This document shows, piece after piece, positions 24,120 through 36,710 of a stretch of DNA of 64,000 nt. The notes under the pieces are model-generated. The model worked only from the letters and a program-made list of their open reading frames with translations, searched no databases and had not been told where the DNA came from. Each line of letters opens with the position of its first letter. Position 1 is the stretch's first letter. Source of the stretch: Octopus vulgaris (Eukaryota); the NCBI GenBank assembly GCA_951406725.2, contig OX597816.1:61380001-61444000 (forward strand). The letters run 5' to 3'. Both the position numbers and the translations under genes were made by a program.

Positions 24120-25480
24120 ATGTCTCAGCGTGTCCTATTCCAAACAAGGCAATCCCTCTGACCCAGACAACTATTGTCCTATTGCTCTCACCTCAAATAT
24201 CTTAAGACAAAGAAGAGAGTTGTTAACAATGACATTATTCAATACCTTGAATAAGGTGCTAAAGAGCGCCATTGTTAGAGAATGACGTCTTGGAAAGCGT
24301 GCACCCCCCTCTCCCTTTAGTAACCAACTCTCTTTAGTTTCCGTAGAGGCAGATCAACTTGAGATCTACTGTTAAGTCATTCACCAGTAGGGTCTCGCTT
24401 AAGAGAAGTTCGACGAAGGGAATGTTTTTGCTGTTGACAGGAGCAAAAGCCTTTGACCGTATCTTGCATGCTTCAGCCATCTCTTATCGCGGCATGTATT
24501 GATGGAGCTCTTTTTGCTCCACCCTTAATCAGGTCTGGTGTTTTCTGAGGTTCATTTATGTCCCCCACTTCATTCTATATATATCAGTGGCCTACTTGCC
24601 GTTACAGCCAACGACGCTCATTCATGCAGCTGACACGACCTTTTCATTCATCTTAACTTTTCCCAGTTACACATAATGAATACATCTCATTTCACACCGA
24701 GACACTGCACACCAAACCTGCATTGATTCCATGAAAGAGTACCTTGATAACAATCGTCAATGGAGCCACACAACCTTGCTTCTTGTAACACAAAAAAAAA
24801 GAAAGAAAAAAAGAAAAGGAAAAGGAAAAGAAAAAAAATCTCACGAGCTACTCATGTCTAGAAAACATCACCATATCACATTTCCACTAAACATGAGGAG
24901 CCCTCAGCTAGATTCTTCAAAGTTACTCCAAACGTTGGGTTTCATTATTACTGATGTTCTCTCCTGATGAAAGGACATGGTTAGCTTAGCTAGGATCGCA
25001 TCCAAAAGACCGGTTCTTTTTATTTCTTTTTCAGTTTCCAACAACTGCTGATACTCTGAAAGTCTCAAGTAAAGTCTACAACGGAGTACTGCTCTCACAA
25101 CTGGATCGATTTTGCTGCACCGCGCACAGATATCCTGGACCGCATCCCAAGAAGGGCCTCTCGACTGATTGACATTCAGTCACTAAGAAACATGCTCCAG
25201 CGTTTGCCTCATCGGTATGCTGGCTCATTTCTCTGTCATTTCTGTCGCTACTATAACGTCCCCTGTTCTTCAGGCCTGGAAGGTTTCTTACGTTCACTGT
25301 TCATGTACCCCAGATCACTCGTGTTTCCACTTTTCGTCACATTGTTACATCCATTCCCGACCCGCACAGACTCCTACCTGGAGTCTTATCTCTGCCCACG
25401 TCTCTCATGTAGGTGTTGATAGCAACAGCTTAAACGGAACATTAATGGTATCATGTTCACTATGCAAAGTTTTCAAGGAC
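24120..25480 (+). mobile_element. Highly decayed CR1/Jockey-superfamily LINE RT
   Basis: Broken motifs NPSDPDNYCPIALTS, FRRGRST, KAFDR, EYCSHNW, LDRIPRRASRLI, FCRYYN. Confidence 0.7.
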
Positions 25481-25920
25481 ATTACTTCTTCCTCGAGACT
25501 CAGCAAGTAAAAAAAAAGAAACCCTTGAGAAGTGGGGGCTTGATCCAAATACTTTCAAAAGAGTAGAATTCACCGCTATGGGCAGCTAAGGGTCGAATGG
25601 GGATTTAAACCCGGAGATGGAGAAAATCTACTACCCATGTGAGTTGAGACAGGATTTGAACTCAAAACGTAAAGACCTAGAACGGCATCTCGTCCGACGC
25701 TATAACGATTCCACCAGTCAACCGCAAAAAAAGCGTGTGTTTGAAATCGGAAAACTTGGAGCCAAAATAAGTATTGCTTGGTATTTCGTCCAACGCTTTA
25801 ACGACGCTGCCATTTGAAAGCTTAATCAGTAGAGAGACGCTCCAGGAATTGAAACCACAATTTTATGATTATGAATGCAATACTAAGCCACGCGCCACCA
25901 CTGTCTCTTCAGGGATGGGA

Positions 25921-26335
25921 AAGGCGGCGAGCTGGCAGAAACGTTAGCACACCGGGCGAAATGCTTAGCGGTATTTCGTCTGCGTTACGTTGTGAGTTCA
26001 AATTCCGCCGAGGTCGACTTTGCCTTTCATCTTTTCGGGGTCGATAAATTAAGTACCAGTTACGCACTGGGGTCGATGTAATCGACTTAATACCTCTGTC
26101 TGTCCTTGTTTGTCCCCTCTATGTTTAGCCCCTTGTGGGTAATAAAGAAATAGGTATTTCGTCTGCCGTTACGTTCTGAGTTCAAATTCCGCCGAGGTCC
26201 ACTTTGCCTTTCATCCTTTCGGGGTCGATAAATTAAGTACCAGTTACGCATTGGGGTCGATGTAATCGACTTAATCCGTTTGTTTGTCCTTGTTTGTCCC
26301 CTCTGTGTTTAGCCCCTTGTGGGTAGTAAAGAAAT
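25921..26335 (+). mobile_element. SINE family B tandem dimer (full unit plus head-truncated unit), Tx1-type tail
   Basis: A-box-like gagctggcagaa and B box gagttcaaattcc; central gcctttcatcctttcggggtcgataaattaagtacc; junction aaagaaatag/gtatttcg near 26152. Confidence 0.9.
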
Positions 26336-26419
26336 ATATCTCTTCAAAGAATGTCCAAATAAATGCCAGTCGTGCGCTGTAGTCAAAGACGCTCCAGCCC
26401 AGCTCAGCCCACTCCTTAT

Positions 26420-26770
26420 CTTTATCTTTTTTTTCAATCATTGAACAGTGGCCACCGCCTTGACGAGTTTTAGTCGAACAAATCGACCCCCCCCCTCAGT
26501 ACTTATTCTTTAAAGTCCGGCGCTCATTTTATCCGTCACTTTTACTGAACCGTAAATAAACGAACACCGGTTGTCAAGCGATGGGGAAATAATTACAAAC
26601 CGACATCGGATTTCTTTTGGTTTCCGTCAACCAAATCAAGTCACAAAGCTTTGGTTGACCTGAGGTAATAGTAAAAGCCAATTGGCCAAGGTGTTGCGCA
26701 GTGGGATTGAACCCAAAGACTATACGGTTGGGAAGCAAGCTTCTTACCCACACAGCCAAACCCGTGCCTA
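26420..26770 (-). mobile_element. SINE family A (diverged)
   Basis: tagtcgaacaaatcgacccc...caagcttcttacccacacagcca. Confidence 0.75.
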
Positions 26771-27224
26771 TGGTTTGTCTAATAAAATTATGATTGGTTT
26801 CCAACTTTAAAAAAAAAACTATGGCAAAAAAGGTGGATTATAAAGAAGCAAACACCGTTATATATTTTCGTTAATAAATGTTTTAAAAGAAAAAAACCAG
26901 AAAAATTCACAGATTTTTTGGTGGGGGGCGGGGCGGGGTGGTGGTGGTGGATAATGGCGAATAATTTCGATTGTTGTAAGGAAAATGTTCGGCACTTTAG
27001 AGCAGTATTGATTCTGAGTAAACTTGTTGGTCTCCACGGCAGTCTTGATCGAGTAGGCTTGTGATCAAAGGCATTCCAGCCGTGATCATCACGTTTTCCC
27101 GTACATTTATGACTATATAGTATTCTTCGTTCTTGAAGATAAAAGGATGAAACTCGAGAGATCTATAGCAGCTATTTCTTGCAAATCGAGTAACCACGTT
27201 TGGGTTCCCACGTTGGCTCGATAT

Positions 27225-27372
27225 GTATTGTTGTTGTTATATTGCTATTTTTGTTGTTATCGTTGTTGGTGATGGTGGTGGTGATGATGATGATGATGAG
27301 GATGATGAAGATGATGGTGCTGATGGTGGTGATGACAACGAGCATGAGGATGATAATAATGACGATGATGTA
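27225..27372. repeat. Compound (GTT)/(GGT)/(GAT)n trinucleotide tract
   Basis: Direct reading. Confidence 0.9.
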
Positions 27373-28126
27373 TCAAAGCAGATCATAGTTTCCTCCGTAC
27401 GAATCGCCGAGAGCAACATTTTTCGAAAATATCAAGAAGGTAGGAAAAAAATTTCAAAAAAACTAATTTTTTTTATTACCTGTACAGACCACAACTGCTT
27501 CATGGATGAAGTTTATACTCAACTGAATGGAACCACAGGTCCATCTCGGGCGATGCTTTTATAGGGGAAGCATTTTGGATTCGATGGGTAAAGCTACATA
27601 GGAGGAGGACGGGAGCAACAAACTGAAAGGCCGCTCGGGTGGCACGCATCCCAGTTACACCACTGGTTACTTACGCGTTTATTCAAAACGAAGGCTGTTC
27701 AGTTAATTGAACTCATCGTCAAAACTGACGGAGATCCATTTGTTTTTTTTTGTCTTTAAAAAAATTCATTATGTAACTTTTTACATGAGATCCAGAAAGT
27801 TTTTGGCATGTTAAAATATAGGTTTCAATTGAACAGCTTGGTTATTTCAATGTAGTCAATATTTCAGATGTGACAACTTCAAAAAGGGAACTTTGATCTA
27901 ACGAGATCAAAGTCTAACGCTTGTTATAGGGTATAGACACAATTTAAGTAACGGATATATGATGTATGTTAACATCAAAACATTCTTTTTCAATGCTCAG
28001 AAACATGGTTTTTTTCCTTCTCTCCTCCCCCTCCTCTCCTTCTCTACCCCTCTCATATTCTCACTCTCACTGTATTTTACATTTGGAAAATACAAGTGAT
28101 AACTTTTTACCAATAGGAATAGTCGG

Positions 28127-28179
<53 letters not shown>

Positions 28180-28216
28180 CACCACCACCACCACCACCAC
28201 CACCACCTCACCACCG

Positions 28217-28292
<76 letters not shown>
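28127..28292. repeat. (CTA)n-(CCA)n-(CTA)n compound microsatellite
   Basis: Direct reading. Confidence 0.95.
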
Positions 28293-28531
28293 CTGAATCA
28301 GCAGTTGACAGGAGATAACTAAGAGCAATTTCGGTACCTTTCATCCCTTTCATCAGTATAATTTTCCAATCAGGTAAAATCCGAATCCTGTTGTTCCTTC
28401 CTTTTGTCCCTAAGGGATTCCACATTCAAACAGGGACAAGGGTGAATACTGTAACCACCCGGTTATTATTTTGTCTTATTATTAGATGAGGCATTGTTCT
28501 TCACTCTAGGATTAGTCTTTCATATGCCTGT

Positions 28532-28566
<35 letters not shown>

Positions 28567-28602
28567 AAAGTCACATACATACATACGTATATACATTTTT
28601 TT

Positions 28603-28979
28603 CTGGCACTCCGTCGGTTACGACGACGAGTGTTCCAGTTGATCCGATCAACTGAACAGCCTGCTCGTGAAATTAACGTGCAAGTGGCTGAGCACTCCGC
28701 AGACACGTGTACCCTTAACGTAGTTCTCGGGGAGATTCAGTGTGATACAGATTGTGACAAGGCTGACCCTTTGAAAATACAGGCACACCAGAAGCAGGAA
28801 GAAAGAGTGAGAGAAAGTTGTGGTGAAAGAGTACAGCTGGGTTCACCACCACCTCCTGCCGGAGCCTCGTGGAGCTTTAGGTGTTTTCGCTCAATAAACA
28901 CTCACAACACCCGGTCTGGGAATCGAAACCGCGATCCTAAGACCGAGAGTCCGCTACCCTAACCACTGGGCCATTGCGT
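28603..28979 (-). mobile_element. tRNA-derived SINE (D-like head, different body)
   Basis: Minus-strand head gcaatggcccagtggttagggtagcggactc...gtttcgattcccagaccggg is shared with the 60276 copy. Confidence 0.85.
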
Positions 28980-29523
28980 GTGTGCATACATACACACATA
29001 CACATGTATATATATATATATATTTATTTATACACACACACATACAACGGGCTTCCATATAGTTTCTGTCTGCCAAATTCACTCACAAGGCATTTGTCGG
29101 TTCGGGCGTTATTACAGTAAGCATTTGCTAAGGTGTTGTGCTGTGCTCGAAACCATCCCATTGCAAACTGATATTCTTAATCACACAACCATACCTGCGC
29201 CTAAACGGAGCGAAGTTTTTATTTTGTCCTGATAAAGAGGGTAGGCTGCTAAAAACATTTCTCTACCCTTGTGTATCGTGAGAGTATTTATCCATTGAAA
29301 AATCACAGCATTTCTTTTTCAAACTGGCGACTTTCTCTGACCACATAATTTCTTTCAGCCTACAGCCGTTATTCTGGTGAGATTTCTAAAAACCTCGTAT
29401 CTGGATTAACATGCGCTTTACATCGTAAGAAAGTGAAAGTAAATCGTCCTAACAAGAAAGGGATACTAAATCGCGATAGAAACCGGATGTGACGACAGTG
29501 ACATCTCATACTTTCATGTAAAC

Positions 29524-29865
29524 CAGTGGTTCTTAACCAATTTTTGTCTATGGACTTCCTTTGGTTACTATTTTATTCTGGTGGACCCCCCCCCCCCATA
29601 GTCATTCGATGTTTAAAAACTAGTTTTATAAATACTTATTTCGAAATTCCTGGTCTGTCTCACACATTCACTTGTGTAGGATGAACTATTTAAAACGTCG
29701 GGGAAAGAAACCTGGCTGTTTCTTGCAATACATACCAATAAATACATCTAATGCAAACATTTTCCGGGGCCCTTAGAATGCTTTTGTGAATTCTCAGTTT
29801 ATTATTTTGTTATGTGGATTGCCAAAAATCTCAGGAACCATATGGGCCCTGATTAAGAACCACTG
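29524..29865. mobile_element. hAT MITE
   Basis: TIRs cagtggttcttaa / ttaagaaccactg; 8-bp TSD atgtaaac / atgtatac. Confidence 0.88.
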
Positions 29866-30554
29866 ATGTATACAATGTATGTGATATAACCAGTATAGTG
29901 CATGAAAACCATACGTATATTTTATATACGATGAAAATAATAACATTTTCGGGGGAAAATAACAGGCATTGGCTGCACGAAGTGAGACTCGTTAATAGTT
30001 TTTCACGATCTCTAAAATTGTTTCTCCGCGTATGCTTATAAAGATATGATGTAAATAAATCACATGTCTTTTTGTTTGCTGTCACAGATTTCGTATTTTT
30101 GTTTTTTTTCAGTTTAGTTCCAATTGTTTTCAGATTTGGTTCTACGGATTTAGCTTTGCATGTTAATTATGAAAGTGAATTTAATGGCAAATGAAAATGA
30201 AATTAATTTTGCCATAAATTAGTTAATAAAAAGCAAACAGCTTTTGAAGTTTGCAAATGTTGGGCAATTTTAGCTGTACACATACACATGACCATAAGTC
30301 TCACATTGGTGTCTGTTTTCACAGTGACAAGCAAAGATGTAGTGTGACACCACCACCACCACCACCACCAACACCACCACCACTACAAGTTTTGACAACT
30401 GGTATCATTTTGTGCCTGTGTTGTTTCTGTCATTTTGCGGCAGACAGTCACCATGCAGGAAATACTGGCTTCTGATTCCTGTTTTCTGACTGGACTAAAA
30501 AAAAAAAAACCTGATCAAACTTTGCACCTCTGTAACGTTTTTCCAAATTAATGA

Positions 30555-30930
30555 ATCCCAAGACACAGGAGTCGGGCCGGCCGCTATCAGTTTGTGCCGG
30601 TCGCCGTCAAGACGTCAGGTTTTCTGAGGACCGCATGTTCTATTTCCTCCGCAAGATAGGAATAACGTCGACCCCTCTGAGAAATGAGTCCCCTGAAGTG
30701 GGGTGGTTGGTATAGCTAGTGTCGCGGCAACGCCATCGCAATCATTACCGTGAGCTGAGCACCTCACTCGTTCTGGGATATGTGGCTCATCGTTTCTTCC
30801 TCCTCTCTCTTCCACTGCTTTATCCCCCACTTTTTCTTCCATCCTTTCTTTTTTTCTTTCTTTCTTTTCCTCTCTCGTCTATTTTCTTCCTTGTTTCATC
30901 GTATATAAATGTTCTAATAAAATAAAATAC
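30555..30930 (+). other. GC-rich multi-hairpin sequence, pyrimidine tract and AATAAA: candidate structured RNA, possibly a retroelement 3' UTR
   Basis: Closing stem, about 6 internal hairpins, two GCAA loops and a 7-bp potential pseudoknot (see finding). Confidence 0.4.
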
Positions 30931-31022
30931 AACTATTTCAATTCAGAATCAGCGTGAACATTTACATCAATATACCAAATTTGAAAAATTTCATTTAATT
31001 CTAAAATTTCCAAGTCTGGGAT

Positions 31023-31436
31023 ACTCTTTTACTCTTTTACTTGTTTCAGTCATTTGACTGTGGTCATGCGGGAGCACCGCCTTTTGGTCGAGCAAATCGA
31101 CCCCAGGATTTATTCTTTGCAAGCCTAGTACTTATTCTATCGGTCTTTTGCTTAACCGCTAAGTTACGGGGACGTAAACACACCAGCATCGGTTGTCAAG
31201 CGATATTTTTTTTTTGGAGGGGGCAAACACAGACACACAAACATATATATACACACACACATATATATATATACATATATACGACGGGCTTCTTTCAGTT
31301 TCCGTCTACCAAATCCACTCACAAGGCTTTGGTCAGCCCGAGGCTATAGTAGAAGACACTTGCCCAAGGTGCCACGCAGTGGGACTGAACCCGGAACCAT
31401 GTGGTTGGTAAGCAGGCTACTTACCACACAGCCACT
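31023..31436 (-). mobile_element. SINE family A, full length
   Basis: Near-consensus copy. Confidence 0.9.
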
Positions 31437-31689
31437 TGTACGCCTACGTAGCAAGCAAAAAGATCCTAAATCCTCACTAGTTCCACCTTGTTTCTTCAGC
31501 TGTCACTTCTGGTTTCTATCACAATTTATTTTTATTTCTTTCGGGACAATTTACTTTCAATTTTTTTTTACGAAGGTAAACTACACGTTAACTCGTATCT
31601 GTCCCAGGGCATGGATCCCGTCATCAATTTCTAAGCTGAACGATAGTACTTCTACATATTTTTTCATGCTGCATTTTTTTCTTGTAATC

Positions 31690-32100
31690 ACAATTGACTG
31701 GGTTGCGTTCCGAAAGTCCATCCCCTCCTCACCGTGGTGGGGACGCTGGCAACGGGTAGTGTCAGAGCTATGTCGTCTGGAACTTCGGTTCCTGGTAGGG
31801 CCACCCAAGGCAGATTGGTCTGACACCGAGTGGTATTAGGGCCACAACCCGGCAGACGGGGCTCTGGTGAAAATCCTCGGATTGTCTGTTTCGGCAACCG
31901 GCGGCTCCTCGGTCGTTCTGTCCCTGCGTCTGCGGACAATCTGCGGCAAACAGGATGGCTCTACACGCGAGATTGTTGGGGACCGCTTGCGAAATCCACA
32001 TATTCCCACGAAACTTCTTCTACAGCCTCGAGGGTGGTAGAAGAAGCCGACTCAACCCGCCCAGGGTGAATGTCGCCACAAGTACATGTAGTAAGGGTTG
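31690..32100 (+). mobile_element. Possible diverged Tx1-L1 ORF2 C-terminal relic
   Basis: GC-rich island; WWGRWQRVVSELCRL..TEWY*G..ALVKILGL loosely parallels EYRQALQLL..ADFYSG..ALGETLG at 21439. Confidence 0.3.
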
Positions 32101-32579
32101 CACGAATAATGGCGTTCACAGAATCCCTTAGTATCACGTGACAGAGAATAAACTGGTTAATGATGTTAAAGAAAGCTGCAGATTTGCATTATTACTAAAC
32201 AGTCTGCATGTGCGTGTGTGTGTGTGGTGTACACGCGTGAATGCACATGTGTGTTAGAGTGTATGTATTCTGTACTAAGATATGTCTATAGGTGAGAGGG
32301 AAAGCGATGTGTGTATGTAAGTATGTATGTTATGTAAGCATGTTATCTATGTATGTTATGTATGTATGCATGCATGTATGTATGTGTATATATATGTGCG
32401 TCTTTATATGTATGCGTGTATGAATGTAGGCATATATATATATGTTATATTATATATAGTATATATATATATATATATATATACACGCGCGCACACACAG
32501 GCATACACATACATTGAGAGAGAATGAGTGTGTGTGAGAGAGAGACAGAGAGAAAGAGACAGATGGAAAGAGACAGAGG

Positions 32580-32706
32580 GGATAGATGGATAGATAGGTG
32601 GATAGATAGATGGATGGATAGATAGATAGATAGATAGATGGATAGATAGATAGATGGATAGATAGATGGATAGATAGATAGATGGATAGATAGATACATG
32701 GAGATA

Positions 32707-32791
<85 letters not shown>

Positions 32792-32795
32792 AGAG

Positions 32796-32857
<62 letters not shown>
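32580..32857. repeat. (GATA)n/(TA)n/(GA)n compound microsatellite
   Basis: Direct reading. Confidence 0.95.
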
Positions 32858-33800
32858 CGGACACTACAAAGCAAAATGTCAACGGTTTATTTGAGGAGTT
32901 TTCTTTTTCGATAAGTGCGATAAGCTGTTTGATGATTAGGTTTTAATTACTAAAAAAAATAATAAAGTAAAAAAAAATGGAAATCTCAAAACCAAAATAC
33001 AAAAACAATATTAGCGAACGACCATTCCTACCTCCTAAGTAGCGAGATTCACGCTTGATGGAATATAATTTATAGCTGATTGAACACAAGCTATACTCAA
33101 ACAAGTTTTTTCTAGAGTTCAAGGGAATTATTTGTATAGTTGTCATCAATTGTCAGTTGAAACTATCAATCATCAAATTAGATTTAACGTTTACCAATCA
33201 TATCGATCAGATGAAACGTTGTCTACCAATATTTTAGCACCTTAATTACGACGATGAAATATAAATAAGATAAAAGAGGATAAATAAATTTATAAAAAAA
33301 AAATGTACTGCAGCAAATTTACAAGAGATTCAATTGTTTATTTTATTTTATTATTTTTTTTTACATTCTCTTTTATGTTTTTCGAAGCACTGTGTGAAAC
33401 CACATATTATCATCATAGTCTTTCATAGAATAGCTGCTGGTTTAATGGATGGTGGTGATAGCTTTATCTCGACGCAGGCATTGCTATTGTATGTCTGACA
33501 AATACATTTAATTCTGAATGACCCGAGTTATTTACTTATAAAGTCTGAGTTTACAGTCGTAAAATAAATGAGTGTTTTATTAGGTTAGAAATACTGACTT
33601 CAAATACTCTCATAAATTTTAATTTTTACTAGTTTAATTAGAGGAGAATGGACAACGACAACGACCCTTTTCAGGGGTCTTCGTGACTGATTGAAGTAAA
33701 GGAAGAAGTTATCCTTCCCTTACCCCTTTCAGTCCAAATGCTTCCAACAGTGTAATTCTACTAAAAACACTCAGGACCAGGTGGTGGTATTACATTGGCA

Positions 33801-34355
33801 TTGGGTTGTCCGGAAAGTTCATGCCGATTTATAGTAGCTTACCTTTCGACTTATTTTAGAACATGGTTAAGTCCATAAAATAGGACTTGACTACACCTCC
33901 ATTTAAAGCACAGTTTAAGCTATCTTTTCGTTGAAGAAGTTTATGTTCCTGTGTTAATCTGTAACCCTTTAAAATGGAAGATAAGAAAGTTCATTTTCGG
34001 CACTTGATGCTTTGAGAACCCGACAAAAATTGCTGCAGCTCAGCTGGGATGTGTTACCCCACCCTCCATATTCACCAGATATTGCTCCTTTGGATTTCCA
34101 CTTATTCAGGCCTCTGTAGAATAGTCTTAATGGTAAATATTTCATTCCTTGGATGACGTAAAAAGATAACTTGATGAATTCTCTGCCATGAAACTACCTC
34201 AATTCTGGGAAGAGGGTATTTTCAAGTTAAAGGAAAGATGGAGACGCGTTGTGCAACAAAATGGTTCATGTTTGGTTGATTAAAAATGTAATAGCAAGTA
34301 TTTATTGACATTTTTCTTTCTTTTAAAATCGGCACAAACTTTCCGGACAACCCAA
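33801..34355 (+). mobile_element. Internally deleted mariner (mellifera-subfamily-like)
   Basis: 30-bp TIRs ttgggttgtccggaaagttcatgccgattt / aaatcggcacaaactttccggacaacccaa followed by TA; MEDKKVHFRHLML is joined directly to WDVLPHPPYSPDIAPLDFHLFR. Confidence 0.92.
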
Positions 34356-35011
34356 TATAATGATAAAAGTTTTCCGACCAAATATAGAAACGGGTCCTCC
34401 GATTGGCTTTTACATAGTTTCCATTCAGCTAATTTCACGCACAAGATATTCGTCTATTCGAAGCTATAGTAGGAGATACTTGTCCAAAGTGCTGTGAAAT
34501 GGGATCAAACATGAAGCGGCATTGTTGCAAAGCGAACTTGTTACCCACATATCCATGCTCGTACTCATGTGATATATATGTTTGTGTTTGTGTGTGTCTG
34601 TCTGTTTGTCCTCCACCATCGCTTGATAACCGGTGTAGATGTGTTTATGTCCCTGTAACTTAACTGTTCGGCAAAAGAGACGGAAATAAGTGCTGAGGTC
34701 GATCCACTCGACTAAGGAGTCTCCAAGCTGGTGCCCCAGCATGGCCGCAGTCTAATGACTGAAGCAAGTAAAAGATGAAAGCTAATAACTCGACGATCGC
34801 TATTTCAAGCCGAGAAAGGTCAAACAATTGGAGCCATTTATCTCAGACATGTTTTCACTGATTGACAAACTCACAGCGTTGATTAGAGAAAAAGAAAGAC
34901 AGAAATAGAGAGAACGTCAACAAGGTTTTGTTATTCCTGATGTCTGGAATAATTTGGAGGGACCGTTAAACAACGAAAATGATTCCAAGTACAAACGAAT
35001 CTAAATGGTGT

Positions 35012-35397
35012 AGGAGTGGCTGTGTGGTAAGTAGCTTGCTTACCAACCACATGGTTCCGGGTTCAGTCCCATTGCGTGGCACCTTGGGCAAGTGTCTTCT
35101 ACTATAGCCTCGGACCGACCAAAGCCTTGTGTGTGGATTTGGTAGACGGAAACTGAAAGAAGCCCGTCGTATATATGTATGTATATATAGGTATGTGTGT
35201 GTGCTTGTGTGTCTGTGTTTGTTCCCCCAATATCGCTTGACAACCGATGCTGGTGTGTTTACGTCCCCGTAACTTAGTGGTTCGGCAAAAGAGACCGATA
35301 GAATAAGTACTAAGCTTACAAAGAATAAGTGCTGGGGTCCATTTGCTCGACTAAAGGCGTTGCTCCAGCATGGTCGCAGTCAAGTGACTAAAACAAA
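35012..35397 (+). mobile_element. SINE family A
   Basis: Near-consensus copy. Confidence 0.9.
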
Positions 35398-35399
35398 TG

Positions 35400-35531
35400 A
35401 CCTTCATTTCATCCATTCATTTTTTATACCATCATTCTCATTCGTTTTATTTTTTCCCCCACTTATGTGATTTTGCCCATTTTTGTACTATCCCACTATG
35501 TTTAGCCCCCCCCCCCCGTGGGCAATAAAGA
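35400..35531 (+). mobile_element. Short Tx1-type 3' end fragment
   Basis: Pyrimidine tract ending ctatgtttagcccc..gtgggcaataaaga, the same terminus as SINE B and similar to 22315-22376. Confidence 0.55.
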
Positions 35532-36620
35532 CATCGTTGTTGCAATCATCTGAAATGGAACTGCCAAAGAGTGATATTCGAGCAATTTTGCTATTCAACT
35601 TCAAAATAGGACGTAAAGCAGCTGAAACTTCTCGCGATATCAACGAAACGTTTGGTCAGGAAATGACCAGTGAGTGACCAATTCGAAAATGGTTTAAAGG
35701 ATTTCACAGTGTAATCCTGAGCCTTGAAGATCGTGAGCATAGTGGATGCCCATCTGTTATCGATGACGGTCAATTAAAGACCGTCATTGAAAAAGATCCA
35801 CGTGAAACCACTCAAGAACTGGCAAAAGAACTTCAAGTTAGCCAGAGAAATGCCTGCAACCGTTCCATGCGATCGGAAAATCAAGAAAGCTCGACAAATA
35901 GGTATCACACGATTTGAATGAAAGTCAGAAAATGCACAGATATGAAATTTGCTCGTCGCTCCTTTTCCGTAACCAGACCGATCCATTTCTCGACCGTAAC
36001 TTGCGATGATTCTGTACAATAATAATAATGTTCTTCGCAGTGGTTGGACCAAAATGAAGCACCGAAAACCTTCCTCAAACCCGAGTTCTTCAAAAATAAC
36101 GTTATGGTGACTGTTTGGTGGTGTACTGCTGGAGTCATCCACTATAACTTCTTAAAACACCGAAAAATCATTACTGCAGAAATATATTGCCATGAAATTT
36201 CCAAAATGAACGAAAAACTGCTACTCGTCCATCCCAGACTGGTCAACAGAAGAGAACCAATCATTCTTTATGAAAATGCTCGACCACACATCTCACTAAT
36301 GACACTCCAGAAGTTGAAACTTTCCCACCCAGCTTATTCCCCAGACCTTTCTTCTACCGACTACCGCTTTTCAAGCACTTTGATGGTTTCCTGCGAGAGA
36401 AGGAGATAAAAAATCAAGCCGATGCTGAAAGTGCGTTCAAAGAGTTCCTCAACTCCAGAACTCCAGGATTTTATTTTACAGGAATAAACAAACTTGTAAT
36501 TCGTTGGTAAAAATGTGTTGATTGTCTGGTACTTACTTTGATGAGTAAAATTTCCGCATTGTTGAAATATATTGTGATGAATTTTATGTTTCAAAATGTG
36601 GATTACTTTTACTCAGCCTG
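35532..36620 (+). mobile_element. Decayed mariner transposon (Hsmar1/cecropia-like); left TIR lost
   Basis: ATG at 35555, MELPKSDIRAILLFNFKIGRKAAETSRDIN; VMVTVWW, YENARPH, HPAYSPDLSSTDY; stops and frameshifts; TIR-like end ggattacttttactcagcctga. Confidence 0.9.
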
Positions 36621-36710
36621 ACACATATATATACACAACGGGCTTCCTTCAGTTTCCGTCTACCAAATCCACTCATAAGGCTTTGGGACCCTGGCTATAG
36701 TAGAAGACAT

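Noticed and set aside
27223-27564. Acidic Asp-rich ORF
   Set aside because: Derived from a (GAT/GGT)n tract; no homology or convincing exon boundaries
30680-30790. RNase MRP RNA, SECIS or HDV ribozyme identity for the structured segment
   Set aside because: gaaa..gtcccc and ggctcat recall the MRP P4 helix, but spacing and the conserved GAAAGUCCCC context do not fit; SECIS stem length and the HDV P3/L3 elements are absent
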